Below the pieces are notes generated by a model that was given only the letters and a program-made list of their open reading frames with translations, was not told the DNA's origin and made no database searches. A stretch of 62,396 nt of DNA, the filler included, from Reclinomonas americana ATCC 50394 (taxonomy: Eukaryota), in the NCBI GenBank assembly GCA_048213135.1. It is 4 parts of 2 records of this genome, joined end to end, with 100 filler letters (N's around TTAATTAATTAA, not from the genome) between each part and the next. Parts side by side here need not be neighbours in the genome. Positions count along the whole stretch, not along the records: positions 1 to 20,957 come from PS015081.1; positions 21,058 to 51,891 come from PS015082.1; 2 more parts are not named here. One strand, written 5' to 3'. Made by a program: the position numbers and the translations under genes. Below are positions 11,128 through 22,606 of the stretch, in pieces; position 1 is the stretch's first letter, and the number at the start of each line of letters is the position of its first letter.

Positions 11128-13822
11128 TCAAATGTCCTCGTATGAGCGCATTTGTCGCGAGGAGCGAGCTGACGGTTCTGACGACGATGCAGAGTCGTCA
11201 TTACTTGGCGCAGAAGGAGTGGGCGAGTACCCGGTGGATTCAGCTGGTGCGACGGCTGCGGCTGCAGGTGCTGATTCGGGGACAGCCGGGGAGTAGTCGA
11301 CCGAGTAGGCGTCGCCTGACGAGGCGCCGACACTGTAGCCGCCGCCGTAGGGCGAGTCGCTGGCTGAGTAGGCGCTGTCGCTGCTGGGAGCGTACGGTGC
11401 TGGTGCGGCATCTGTGACACAGACGGAGTGAGTTTACAGATCGCTTCCAACGTAGACAACAACAAGGCACGGAACCACTGGAGGGCACAAAGGCGGGAGC
11501 GGTGTAGCCGCCGGAGGATGCCGGTGCGGGCGAGGCTGACGAAGAGGAACCGCCAAAGGAGAACGATGGTAGCGCGGTGAATGCCGGTCTTACATCCCGC
11601 GAGGCATCGCGACCAACGGCGGCGGCGCCACTGCCACCCGCGGAGAACGACGGAAGTGCGCTGCTCGAGTACGCTGCGAGGTGCAGGAGGTGAGCAGCCG
11701 ATTGGCCAGGGAGGCGGCAAGGTGCAAAATGTGTGCGTCTTACCGGGTGGCGACGTTGGTGACGATGCCGAATATTGCGGCGAAATGTCACTGCTGTCGG
11801 CCGGCGGTGGCGATGATGAGCCTGCGGGAACAAAGCGCCCGAGTCGCATCTGCATGCAACCAGAGAAAGAAAGGGGAGAAGAACATGCGAGGTTGGAATT
11901 CGTCATGCAGGGTGGCGAGCGCGCCGTATGTGAAGACGCAACACTCGGCGTGGCGGCCGGCTCGTATCCGCCAGTCGAGTACGACGACGAGCTGGACGCG
12001 CCGGGCACGTAGCCCATGTGTGGCGACGGTGCTGCACTGTAGCCCGACACGAACTCGTCGGGAGCATTGTAGTTGCCGAAGCTGCGCGTGCATACGCAAC
12101 GAGGTCAGCGGTGGCGGCGACGTGGGAGGAGAAATACGCAAAGAGATCAACGCACCCAAAACCTGGTCTGTTCGACTGGTATCCGAGACCACCACGGCCA
12201 CCACGGAAGCCGCCACCTGCACCACGGAAACCACCGGCACCGCCACGATAGCTGCCCCGGAAACCACCGCGCCCACGACCTCGGTACGCGTTGCCGGCAA
12301 AGCGCCGCTCGTCAGGCAGCGACCAACGCAAAATCACATCGCCGCCATTGATTTGCATTTTTCGGTCGGGATAGTGACCGAGCGCCGTGCGCGCCGCCTC
12401 GGTTGACTCGAACATGACGCTGCACTTGCTGCGAGGCGGCCAACAACAGAAGCACTGCTCAGCGACACGCGTGGAGAGGAGGAGAGCGAGAGAGACAGCA
12501 CGCACGTCTTGGTCCACCAGCGGATACCGTCGATTCGCCCAAAATGCTTGAAGGCCTCATTGATGTCGCCATTGGCGAGATCCGTCGCCGAGCACTCGCA
12601 CACCACCACATTCGACTCCTGCCAATCGCACGAGTCACATAACAACGAACGGCAACAGCAGCAGGAGCACAGGGAATCCATGCACACCTCCTGTTCCTCT
12701 TCCTCGCTGCCACGACACGCAGACAGACAGAGACAAGTCAGTTGACATGAACGCACACAAGCAGAGACCGCAACCATGCATACCCATCCTGCACACAAAC
12801 ACACACACGAGCGCACAACCGAGGTCAGCATCGCGTAACTGGCCTTGCTCTGCTCTTCTCTCTCTCTTTCTCTTTCTCTCTCACCGCTTTCCGCCTCTTG
12901 GTCGCCGGCTCATCTCCGTCCCCATCCTTGCGCTCCTCCAGCTTCTTGACGAGACGCGACGACAGCTTGAATCCGCGGTTCTTCTCACTGAGCGCGGCCG
13001 CAGCACCTGCAGGCGTCGCCGACGCGGATCCAGAGCCACCTGCCGCACCCAAGTCGCCCGGCAAGGGAGACATGGTCTCGTCGGCAGACATCTGCGGGCG
13101 AGGTGAGAGAGGGGCAAGGAGAGAGGCAAGAGAGAGAGAGAGAAGAAGAAGAGGAAGAAGAGGGAAGAAGAAGAACAAGAACAAGAAGAACAAGAAGAAG
13201 AACAAGAAGAAGATGAATGAGAAGAAAGAGAGGCGGGGAGGAGGAACAAAGAAGAAGTAGAAGAAGAAGAAGAAGAAGAAGAAGAAGAAGAAGAAGAAGA
13301 AGAAGAAGAAGAAGAAGAAGAGGAGAGAGCAGAAGAAGAAGAAAGGAGAGAGAGACAGGGACTCGTGGCCAGACAGCTGCGTGTGAGGTGAGGTGATGAG
13401 CACAGAGAGAGATGAAAGAGAGAGAGAATGAGAGTTGTCTTGCAATGCATGCAGACTGCATGCTCCCTCAACATGCACGTGTGTGCGTTCCCTCTCTCTT
13501 CCTCCCTCTTCTCTCTCTCTTCGCTCACTCACCTCTGTCAATGGTCTCTTGAGTCCTTTTCTCTGCTGCTGTTGCAACTCTGCATGCTTCTTCTTCTCAT
13601 CGTCGGCGGCCGCTTGTGACGCCGCTGCCTTGGTCTCCTGCAACGCACGTGTCAGTGTGTGCAACAAGCACAGAGAGAGAGAGAAACAGAGAGATGCATG
13701 AGTGCGAGTGCAACTTGGTACTTGTTGAATGCGTCGTACTTGGCCTTGAGTGCGGCCTCTTTGACGTCCAGGCGAAGCACGAGTGTGGGTCCACCACTTG
13801 CGCCTCTCTTTCGCGTACTCAT
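11128..13822 (-). CDS. NELFE: NELF-E-like RNA-binding protein (N-terminal helix, RRM, RGG box, S/P/Y-rich tail)
   Basis: LDVKEAALKAKYDAF, KGLKRPLTE and SEKNRGFKLSSRLVKKL resemble the animal NELF-E N-terminal motifs as I recall them. RRM: DINEAFKHFGRI...CSVMFESTEAARTAL...INGGDVILRW. C-terminus RQMRSYEDI*. Confidence 0.72.
13141..13345. repeat. (GAA)n-rich microsatellite inside an intron of the NELF-E-like gene
   Basis: Perfect GAA run at ~13260-13321 with degenerate GAA/AACAAG flanks. Confidence 0.95.
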
Positions 13823-13942
13823 GATTAGATTGGAAAGAGAGAGGACGAGGAGGACAGCGTGCGTGCTTTTGTTGCCGCCCTTCGTTTGTTTGTTTGTTGT
13901 TTGTACACTACAGTAGTTCTGTGTCTCGTACTCCACACTCCA

Positions 13943-16900
13943 TTATCGCAGAAGGGCGTCCAGATCGGTTCGCTTGTAAAGCTGCATGCAGCAGAAGACA
14001 AGTAAGTTCGTGTTGCGTTCTTCCCAACAGCGTGCGTCGACGCAACATGACACTCCTCGATCATGGCCGCGCCCATTCCTGACACACAAAACTCGTCGAG
14101 AGACAGCTGATCGGTGGCAGCGTTCGCTCGCTGTTCCCGGAACACGGACTCGATTTCCGCCTGCATTCATCGAGCGAGATAAGTCGTCGTCCTTCTCTTA
14201 ATACGACTTTATGCGCACGTACCAGTGATGGGGAGACGTTGGCACGAGCGTGCTGCGGTGCGACACCCATGTGGAGCACCGAGAACCACTCGCTGGCGGA
14301 CAGGGCACGACTTGACGTGGACCCGGCTGGTACCACGGCCAGTGCCTTGCGGAAACCGACAGCCGTTTGCGTGTCCGCGCACAGCGTCAATAGCAGCTCG
14401 CGCCACCGCACCATCGGTGGCTGGCCCACGGCAAACGACTCTGACAAAAGGGGAGGGACAGTTAGCGCTGCGCAGCTCGTACCCCAGTCGCCCATGACGT
14501 CACTAACCGAAGAGCAGGTGCTTGATGTTGCGCGACGTCTGCAGCTGCTTCTCGCTGCCGGCACCGGCACTGTCGAACCAAAACTGCACGCTCATGAGCT
14601 GCGATTTGGACACCTGTCACAAGCACGGCTGTCCGTCAGCAACGAGATGCACCAAAAAAACACACACACACACACATCGGGCCGAATGCAAACCTGATCG
14701 CCGCCGTCGGTCAGCGTCAACAGCTGTTCCTTCATGTTGGCCAGGTCGGCGAGTGTGGGCATCGACGGACAGATCAGCGACACCAGCAGGCTTCGGATTT
14801 GCATCAGGCCATTGTGCTGCTTGTCGAACGCCACACCGATTCGCTGCAGGTGTTCCTTGCTGAGATTTCGCCACTCGGCAGGCAAGTCGTCCCCATTGGT
14901 GTGCACGAGGTTGAGAATCGTGCGCACAAATGTGGCAATCGGAATCTCGGTCTCGGTGACAGCCGCCGTGCGGAACGCGCCGACCAGCACCGCCAGTTGC
15001 TGCTGCGTGAAGACACCCACCACTGCACACGACGAGCAGTGAGTGGAAAGCGCACCGCCGATTCTTGAGCGCACGTTAGTTCACGCAACGTTTCTCTGGC
15101 TTGGGTGGCAGTGGCGCGAGACGGGCCGATGGCGGACGCACCAAGTTGTGCCGATCGACTGTCGCCTGGTCATCATCAAGCACCAAATGATGACGAAGAG
15201 GCTGGCCGCGCTCAATTGTGCGCTGCAGCGTGACAACGACACTCATCACTGCGGCATTCTCACGCTCAAAGCGCTCCCCAGTGGCCTCCTCTAGTCGCTT
15301 GAAGTACGCAGCCGAGCGATTGTCCATGTCCTGCACAGGGCATTAACAGTGAGCATGACTGATCGGTGAACGGAGGAGGAACGCCACGACGGTACCTTGA
15401 GGGTGACTTCAGCGTGTCTCTTGATCTCCGCCAGACGCGCCGCTGTGCCGTTGTCTTCCTGCTGAATAGCGCGGCGCAACAACGACAGTGGTGCGCCCTC
15501 AATGGCCTCGGTGAGCTCTGTTGTTGTTGTGTGCGCAAAGATCATGAGAGAAAGAGAGAACGGTACAAGCAAAGACGATAGCGCTCACCAGCATAGGCGC
15601 CAAGCAGCACGGTGGCATTTTCAAATGCCGTCGCCACCGCATCCTGTCATCCGCACCAACGTGAGCCACAAGCGTCAATCGATGAAACCCATGTGCAGGC
15701 ACGTAACTGGCTCCTCGACTGCACCCTTGCCCTTGCCCTTGTCAGCAGGCGCCTTCTTGCCGGCGCCAGCCTTCGGTGCACCGGCCTTGGGTGCCTTTTT
15801 GCCGCCCTTGGCACCAGCTGCGAAAATCACAGTGAGGCTCGCATCCATTACACTAGTGCACAGGACAGGTCACACACAAACAAACCATCAGCTTGCTTGG
15901 TTCGAATCACCACTTCGCCGCCAGTTCGAATATTGTAGAACGATTGTGGATCCACTTGGCGCTCGTACAACACCTGCAAGTCGCAATAAGCCCGACAGCA
16001 GCACGAACCAGCGAAACAGTGACACAACGCACCGCATGTGAGCGCGCGGCACTAAAGTCCTCAATCAGCTCGCGCGCAGCCACATATCGGTCGCACTCCA
16101 ACTGCATCAGCGTCACGTAGAGCTGCTCCACCGCAGCGCGCTGCTTCTTCACGCCACCCGCGTCCAATAGCTTCTGCCGCTCGGTTTGAGCCGTGACTCG
16201 TCGCTGATCGCACAGCTTCCACAGACGATCGCGCAGCTCGTCGGTGCGCTTGTGCAGCTCTTCCTTCACAGCCACGTCTCGTCTGTTGCGAGAGGCGATG
16301 TGATGAGCACGCTGCCTATCGGTAACAACGCCACAAGAATAGAGGACGCACCGCATGTCATCGTGCACGGCATTGAACGACTCGACAAACTCGTCCAGTT
16401 GTCGCTGCTTTTGTGCGTCTGGTCGGCGGAGGAACTCCTCGAAGGTTCGCTTCAGCTGCGACAAGTAGCCCGTAAAAGCGTGTCTCTCCAGTCGAAGTCC
16501 GTGGAACACTTGTCGCAGGCCGCTGGTGTACAGGTTTTCGGTCTTGAGCCAGACTGCAGTGACTGTTAGACGGTGGTCTTCTGCACTCCAAAGCAAAAAA
16601 ACAGCGGAAACGCAACAGTTTTGCAACAACGACGCAAAGTCGTGATCGAGGTCCGACGGAGCAATGTACTCAGCTGCCGCCTTTTGCAGCATCTCAAAGA
16701 CTTGCTGACGCTTGGCATCCGCTATCGAGGCAAGAAGGGAAGAGTGAGTGCGAAAAACAATGACGCCGACTGCAGATGAAGGAAACGCACGTGCTCCACC
16801 GGCAGCAGACGGCACTCCGTCAATGACCACCCCCGGCGCCGCCCGTGCAATTCCCAGCGGAGTTTCGCCAAAACTGGTCACTTGCGTGATGAGTAACAAT

Positions 16901-18829
16901 CATTCACACGGGGAGAACGGAGGGAGGACAGAACGCACCGATCGGCAAGGTTCGGATCCAGGACCTGCGACACAAGGAACTCGACCATTTCGGGCGAACC
17001 GATCGCAGCAGCCTCGTGCAATGCCGAACGACCGTCTGTGCGCACACAGGAAAGATGAGATGAACAGCCCAAATGGTGAGTAGTCTCACAAATTATTATA
17101 TCACCGACCTCGATCGGTCTTGGCCAGGTCGGCACCAGTGGCCACGGCCTTCAATGCCGCCAAATCGCCAGTCTTCGCCACACGGCACAATTTCTCGCCC
17201 TGCACGAGAGAGTGACAGTTGAGTGCGACGGGAATACGAAGGAAAGATTTTCCAGTTTTGAGCGGGACGCACCAGTGACTCTTCGCTCGGCGGGATGCCG
17301 TGCGACGAGAGCTCGTTGATGACGCCGCGGTGGTCGTGACGGGTTGCCTCCGACATGGCGTCGGCACCGAAGCGATCCGGCGCATTCAGACGCACGCCCG
17401 GTACAGTGGCCAAGTATGCCACCACCGAGGTATGTCCCTCCATGGCTGTGGATCGAATAACATGTCAGCGCGTGTGTAATTGAACACAGAGATTCGTGTC
17501 ACCAACGACAAACCAGCGTGATGAAGCGCAGTACGACCCCAGTCGTCGGCCACTGTCGCATCGGCGCCATGCTGAATGCACCGTTGCACCGTGTCCACAT
17601 CGCCACGGCGGGCAGCCTCACGCAAAAGCAGCGAGAGCTGCATCGAGTGGATTAGTGGGAGAAGCAGGGAAAATTCTCTCTCGGCCAACGCCCACACACC
17701 TGGAAGCGAGGCAGAATCGACTCGGCGCGCTGACCCTTCAGTGACGCCGCATCTCGCGCTGCTTCCAAAACTGCACGCTGCACGTCGCGAATCGACTCGT
17801 TTCCATCTACCGCATACAGCACGTGTGTCTGCTCGAACCACGATCGCACTTCCGGCTCCCGCGCGTCGTACTCGTCCAGCTGCGGCACAACCTTGGCCGC
17901 TGTCGCCTCCTCGCTGGGATTCTCCGGCACCAGTCGAGCAGCAATCTCCTGTGATNNNNNNNNNNNNNNNNNNNNNNNNNNNNNNNNNNNNNNNNNNNNN
18001 NNNNNNNNNNNNNNNNNNNNNNNNNNNNNNNNNNNNNNNNNNNNNNNNNNNNNNNNNNNNNNNNNNNNNNNNNNNNNNNNNNNNNNNNNNNNNNNNNNNN
18101 NNNNNNNNNNNNNNNNNNNNNNNNNNNNNNNNNNNNNNNNNNNNNNNNNNNNNNNNNNNNNNNNNNNNNNNNNNNNNNNNNNNNNNNNNNNNNNNNNNNN
18201 NNNNNNNNNNNNNNNNNNNNNNNNNNNNNNNNNNNNNNNNNNNNNNNNNNNNNNNNNNNNNNNNNNNNNNNNNNNNNNNNNNNNNNNNNNNNNNNNNNNN
18301 NNNNNNNNNNNNNNNNNNNNNNNNNNNNNNNNNNNNNNNNNNNNNNNNNNNNNNNNNNNNNNNNNNNNNNNNNNNNNNNNNNNNNNNNNNNNNNNNNNNN
18401 NNNNNNNNNNNNNNNNNNNNNNNNNNNNNNNNNNNNNNNNNNNNNNNNNNNNNNNNNNNNNNNNNNNNNNNNNNNNNNNNNNNNNNNNNNNNNNNNNNNN
18501 NNNNNNNNNNNNNNNNNNNNNNNNNNNNNNNNNNNNNNNNNNNNNNNNNNNNNNNNNNNNNNNNNNNNNNNNNNNNNNNNNNNNNNNNNNNNNNNNNNNN
18601 NNNNNNNNNNNNNNNNNNNNNNNNNNNNNNNNNNNNNNNNNNNNNNNNNNNNNNNNNNNNNNNNNNNNNNNNNNNNNNNNNNNNNNNNNNNNNNNNNNNN
18701 NNNNNNNNNNNNNNNNNNNNNNNNNNNNNNNNNNNNNNNNNNNNNNNNNNNNNNNNNNNNNNNNNNNNNNNNNNNNNNNNNNNNNNNNNNNNNNNNNNNN
18801 NNNNNNNNNNNNNTACCGTACCGTACGTA

Positions 18830-18919
<90 letters not shown>

Positions 18920-20957
18920 TGAGTCTGCGATGCGGCGCACTGCACATCCCGGCGACGCGAAGACGCACAGGGGGTGGCGGATTGAAATCCAAGTGATAGC
19001 GTGCTCCCGGTTGCTGCGGGTCAACGCGCCAGCCCAGCGAGCGCTTGAAGATGTTATCGCGTGAAATGTCCAGCAGAATGGCGGCGTCAAAGGCAGAGCG
19101 AGGCGGTTCATCTGCGCGGGAGCATGAGCAACTGTCGTGACACTGTTGTGCTCGTGCACCGGGGAGGGACGCACCGCGAGGATCTGGTGGCATGACAGTG
19201 GGTGGAGACACGGTGGACACGTGTGGCGGTGGTTGATTTTCGTCATATCTGAGCGGCGAGGTGACAGATGAGCCACTACCACACACACACGGACTCGTGC
19301 CAGAAAAGAACAACACACCCCGTCAGCGCCCTCTCCAGCAGCTTGATGGCCTCGATGGAGGCGGGGAAATCGACAAGGATCCAGCCGGCCGACTGCTCCG
19401 GCAGCGAATACTCGACATAGTGTTCCACCAGACGAACGCACATTTCTGTGCTGACTTCACGTCCGCGCCCCAGATCGCGGCGCACAGCTTCGCCAATCTT
19501 GCGCAACTGAGCGGCAGCACTCAGCTCACCGTCCTCCAACTCCTGGGCACTGCGCAGACGATAGGACGTGAGCATCGAGTCTCCCCGGGAACAACGTTGC
19601 GCTCGCGCAAACCTCGGTGGCTTGGATGCGGCGTCAACAGCAGCCGTAATGAGCTCGGTCAACTGAATGGTAGTCAGGTGGAAGCGCGATGCCATGGCCT
19701 GTGCCACAGTCTTCTTGCCACTGCCTGGCGGTCCAACGAGAATGAAGCGCAGCTGGCGGTTGGCCACCGACGCTCCCTGTCGGTGCAGCAGACCACTGCT
19801 CCACGCGTCAAGCTTCACGCGGCCGGCAGCATCCTCAATCACAGTCAGAATGTCGCCCAAGCACTGCACGCTGGGATCGAGCGGTTCGCCGGATGCGGCA
19901 CTGCCAGGCCGCGAGCCACTCGGAGAGCCTGCACGTTCCTCTGCCGCGACTCCTTGCATGCTGATGATGGGAAAGAGCGAGTGAGAGACAGAAGGAATAG
20001 AGGAAGAAAGTGCGCAGAGACGCAACAGAATGGCAGGGTCCCACTCGGCGCGCCGATGCAAGTAGTCCAGCATGTCGGCATCGTCGAGCAGCTTGTGCAC
20101 TGCCGACTCTTGCGGAGACGCCGGTGCGGCACTGGATGGGTTGTCGGCGGCGGCACTGCCCGATGGGCTGGTTGCCGAGCCGGCCTCCGGGACCTCCTGT
20201 GAGGATAAGGAATAGAGAGGAAGTGAGAGAGGGAAAGAGGCAGCAGGGAGGACAAGAGAGACAGGAAAAGAGGAGAACAGGAGAATGAGAGAGATGATAA
20301 AACGAAAGTGAAAGAGAAAACATAATGTGTGAGAAGTGCCAGGAACGGAGAGGGCATAGAAAGAGAGCTGGGGAGAGGAGTAACGAGTGCGACTCTCCCT
20401 CACAAACAATAGTTCCTTTCCCCCACACACCATGGCCTCTTCCAGTGGAAGGCTCTTGACAAAGAGACGCATCAAGTCGTCCCAGTCGTGAGGCGGCAGC
20501 GGTTCACCACCCGTGGCCTCGCGGTGCGCGCACACCACCGAGGTCAGGGAGATAAGATCATCCACAATGGCACTGCAGTCGGCGACGCGCTGCTGTCGCT
20601 TCCGCGACTTGCGCTCAGCAGTCAGCTGCTCGTACGCCTGTCGTTCCGCTTGTGTCTGTGGGTGATGCGCAGTGTCATGATCCCGTTGGCAGTCGAACTG
20701 CATTGAAAGAAAATGGCAAACCTTGCGCCAGTATTCCTCCTTCTCGCGCTCAGCAGACTGCTTGGCGCGCACCTCGGCCTGTGCGCGCTCCAATTCGCGT
20801 CGCTGCTGATACGCTCGCTCACGATCGATGCGGTTCTCCCGCACCTGTGCCTCGAGGTCCTTGACACGCTGCAGTTCAGCTGCCATGCGCTTCTCCTCCT
20901 CCGATTGCTTGAGGATCTTGGCAATCAACGCGTCCTCCAGCTTCTTCTCCTCAATTT
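13943..20957 (-). CDS. SPEF2: SPEF2/CPC1-like flagellar central-pair protein (adenylate-kinase-like domain, ankyrin insertion, C-terminal EF-hand-like region); N-terminus cut off by gap/linker
   Basis: KQSEEEKRMAAELQRVK...VRENRIDRERAY, P-loop LVGPPGSGKKT, GWILVDFP, lid RVDP..GARYHLDFNPPP, FEEFLRRPD.KQ..LDEFVESFN, KEELHKRTDELRDRLW, LMQLECDRY. Ends LYKRTDLDALLR* at 13943. Confidence 0.85.
16860..17640 (-). other. Ankyrin repeat block (about 5 repeats) within the SPEF2-like gene
   Basis: LREAARRGDVDTVQRCIQHGAD, WGRTALHHAAMEGHTSVVAYL, GEKLCRVAKTGDL, DGRSALHEAAAIGSPEMVEFL, FGETPLGIA. Confidence 0.85.
18833..18912. repeat. (CA)n microsatellite, intronic
   Basis: About 40 AC units directly beside an assembly gap. 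Confidence 0.97.
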
Positions 20958-21001
20958 NNNNNNNNNNNNNNNNNNNNNNNNNNNNNNNNNNNNNNNNNNN
21001 N

Positions 21002-21013
21002 TTAATTAATTAA
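21002..21013. other. Artificial six-frame-stop scaffold linker TTAATTAATTAA
   Basis: The 12-mer is flanked by ~44 N on each side; an identical arrangement recurs twice more in the window. Confidence 0.95.
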
Positions 21014-21057
21014 NNNNNNNNNNNNNNNNNNNNNNNNNNNNNNNNNNNNNNNNNNNN

Positions 21058-21755
21058 TCGCACTTGCCACGGTCGCTTGATCTCCGACTCTCGAACTGGA
21101 GAAACAAAACACAGAGAGAGAGAGAGAGAGAGAACAAGGAGAAGAAGAAGAAGAAGAAGAAGAACACGAAGAAGAAGAAGAAGAAGAGGAATAGGACGAG
21201 GAAGAAGAACAAGAACAAGAAGAAGAACGAGAAGAACAAGAAGAAGAAGAGAGGAAGAGGAAGAGGAAGAAGAACAAGAAGAAGAAGTAGAGGAAGAAGA
21301 AGAAGAAGAAGAAGAAGCAGAGCAAGAACAAGAAGAAGAACGAGAAGAAGAACAACAAGAAGAAGAAGAACACGAAGAACAACAAGAAGAAGAAGAAAGA
21401 AGAAGAAGAGAACACGAAGAAGAAGAAGAGGAAGAAGAAGAAAGAAGAAGAGGGGAAGAAGAAGCAGAGCAAGAACAACAACACGAAGAACAAGAAGAAG
21501 AAGAAGAAGAAGAACAAGAAGAGGAAGAAGAAGAAGAAGAACAAGAAGAGGAGGAAGAAGAAGAAGAGAGTCAGAGAATGCAGAGACGAATGAATAGAGA
21601 GAGAGAGAGAGAGAGCAGAGTGCACGCAACCACTGTGACCGAGGTAATAGCTGCGATCAAAGTACGCATCGCCGTGCCCAGCAAGCGCCTTCCAGTCAAA
21701 GTCAGCTCCAAATCTGCACCAAAAAACACACAGAAGAGAGAGAGAGAAAATGAGT

Positions 21756-21791
<36 letters not shown>

Positions 21792-21862
21792 AGAAGAAGA
21801 ATAAGAAGAAGAAGACGAAGAGGGAGAAAGAGGAGTGAGACTCACCGCCCGCGGATTGACAT
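21058..21862 (-). CDS. MMTAG2/MMtag-domain-like protein, 5' fragment (3 short exons)
   Basis: Splices to MSIRGR|FGADFDWKALAGHGDAYFDRSYYLGHS|VRESEIKRPWQ, resembling the MMtag pattern RGG..FxW....R..YLG[HN]S....RWQ. Truncated at the linker. Confidence 0.55.
21113..21615. repeat. ~500 nt degenerate (GAA)n/(GA)n purine tract, intronic
   Basis: Almost pure purine on +, built from GAA, GAACAA and GAG units. It lies between donor gttgcg (21630) and the acceptor at ~21096 on the minus strand. Confidence 0.95.
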
Positions 21863-22118
21863 TGCGTGGACAGATGGAGACAGTTACGTCACTCGGCAAT
21901 TGTCCGCACCTGCAAACAACGACGCACAGAAAGCCTTCTCCTTCACCGCCTTTCTTCCGCTCTTCCCTCCATTCCCGCCTGCTGCGCCACTCGCTCTCAC
22001 CTTTTTCTTTCATTGTCGTGTGACAATCGCCGGTTACGTCACCGCGGCATTGTCCGGCCGTTGTATCCATTTTTTGTGTCACACAGTGTGCGCGTTCACA
22101 CACCACACACAGACACAA

Positions 22119-22376
22119 ATGGCGGCCGCCGGTGGAGGTGACCTCATGGAGGCGGAGAAGCGGATGAAGCTGATGGGTGAGTGTGTGTGTCTCTCTCTGT
22201 CTCTGTCTCTTTCCTCTTCTTGTCTCACTCAACGACTGTGTGTGTGTTTGACAGAGTCTGATCGCAAGGCTTTCTGGGACGCTGCGCAGCACACTATGCA
22301 GCAGAACCGTGAGATTCTGGAGGGCACAAAGCGCGAGAACAAGGAGCTGCGCGATGCCATTGCGCAAATCACAAGA
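22119..22376 (+). CDS. Outer dynein arm docking complex coiled-coil protein (ODAD3/CCDC151-like), 5' fragment
   Basis: MAAAGGGDLMEAEKRMKLM|ESDRKAFWDAAQHTMQQNREILEGTKRENKELRDAI resembles the CCDC151/ODA-DC N-terminal EGDRKAF motif. Runs into the gap at 22441. Confidence 0.65.
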
Positions 22377-22606
22377 GTTGGGTGTTGTGTGCTTGTGTGA
22401 CACAAAAGAGAGTCTTTGCTCGCTCACTCGCACTCTGTGTNNNNNNNNNNNNNNNNNNNNNNNNNNNNNNNNNNNNNNNNNNNNNNNNNNNNNNNNNNNN
22501 NNNNNNNNNNNNNNNNNNNNNNNNNNNNNNNNNNNNNNNNNNNNNNNNNNNNNNGGTGGCGGTGGAGAAAGTAAAACAAAAATACCATGGTCCTTTTGTA
22601 CATGCG

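Noticed and set aside
12825-13667. ORFs with poly-Phe/Ser/Leu runs
   Set aside because: Read-through of the TTC-repeat intron between real NELF-E-like exons.
21002-21757. Poly-Glu, poly-Arg/Lys and poly-Phe/Leu ORFs
   Set aside because: Translations of an intronic GAA-rich microsatellite.
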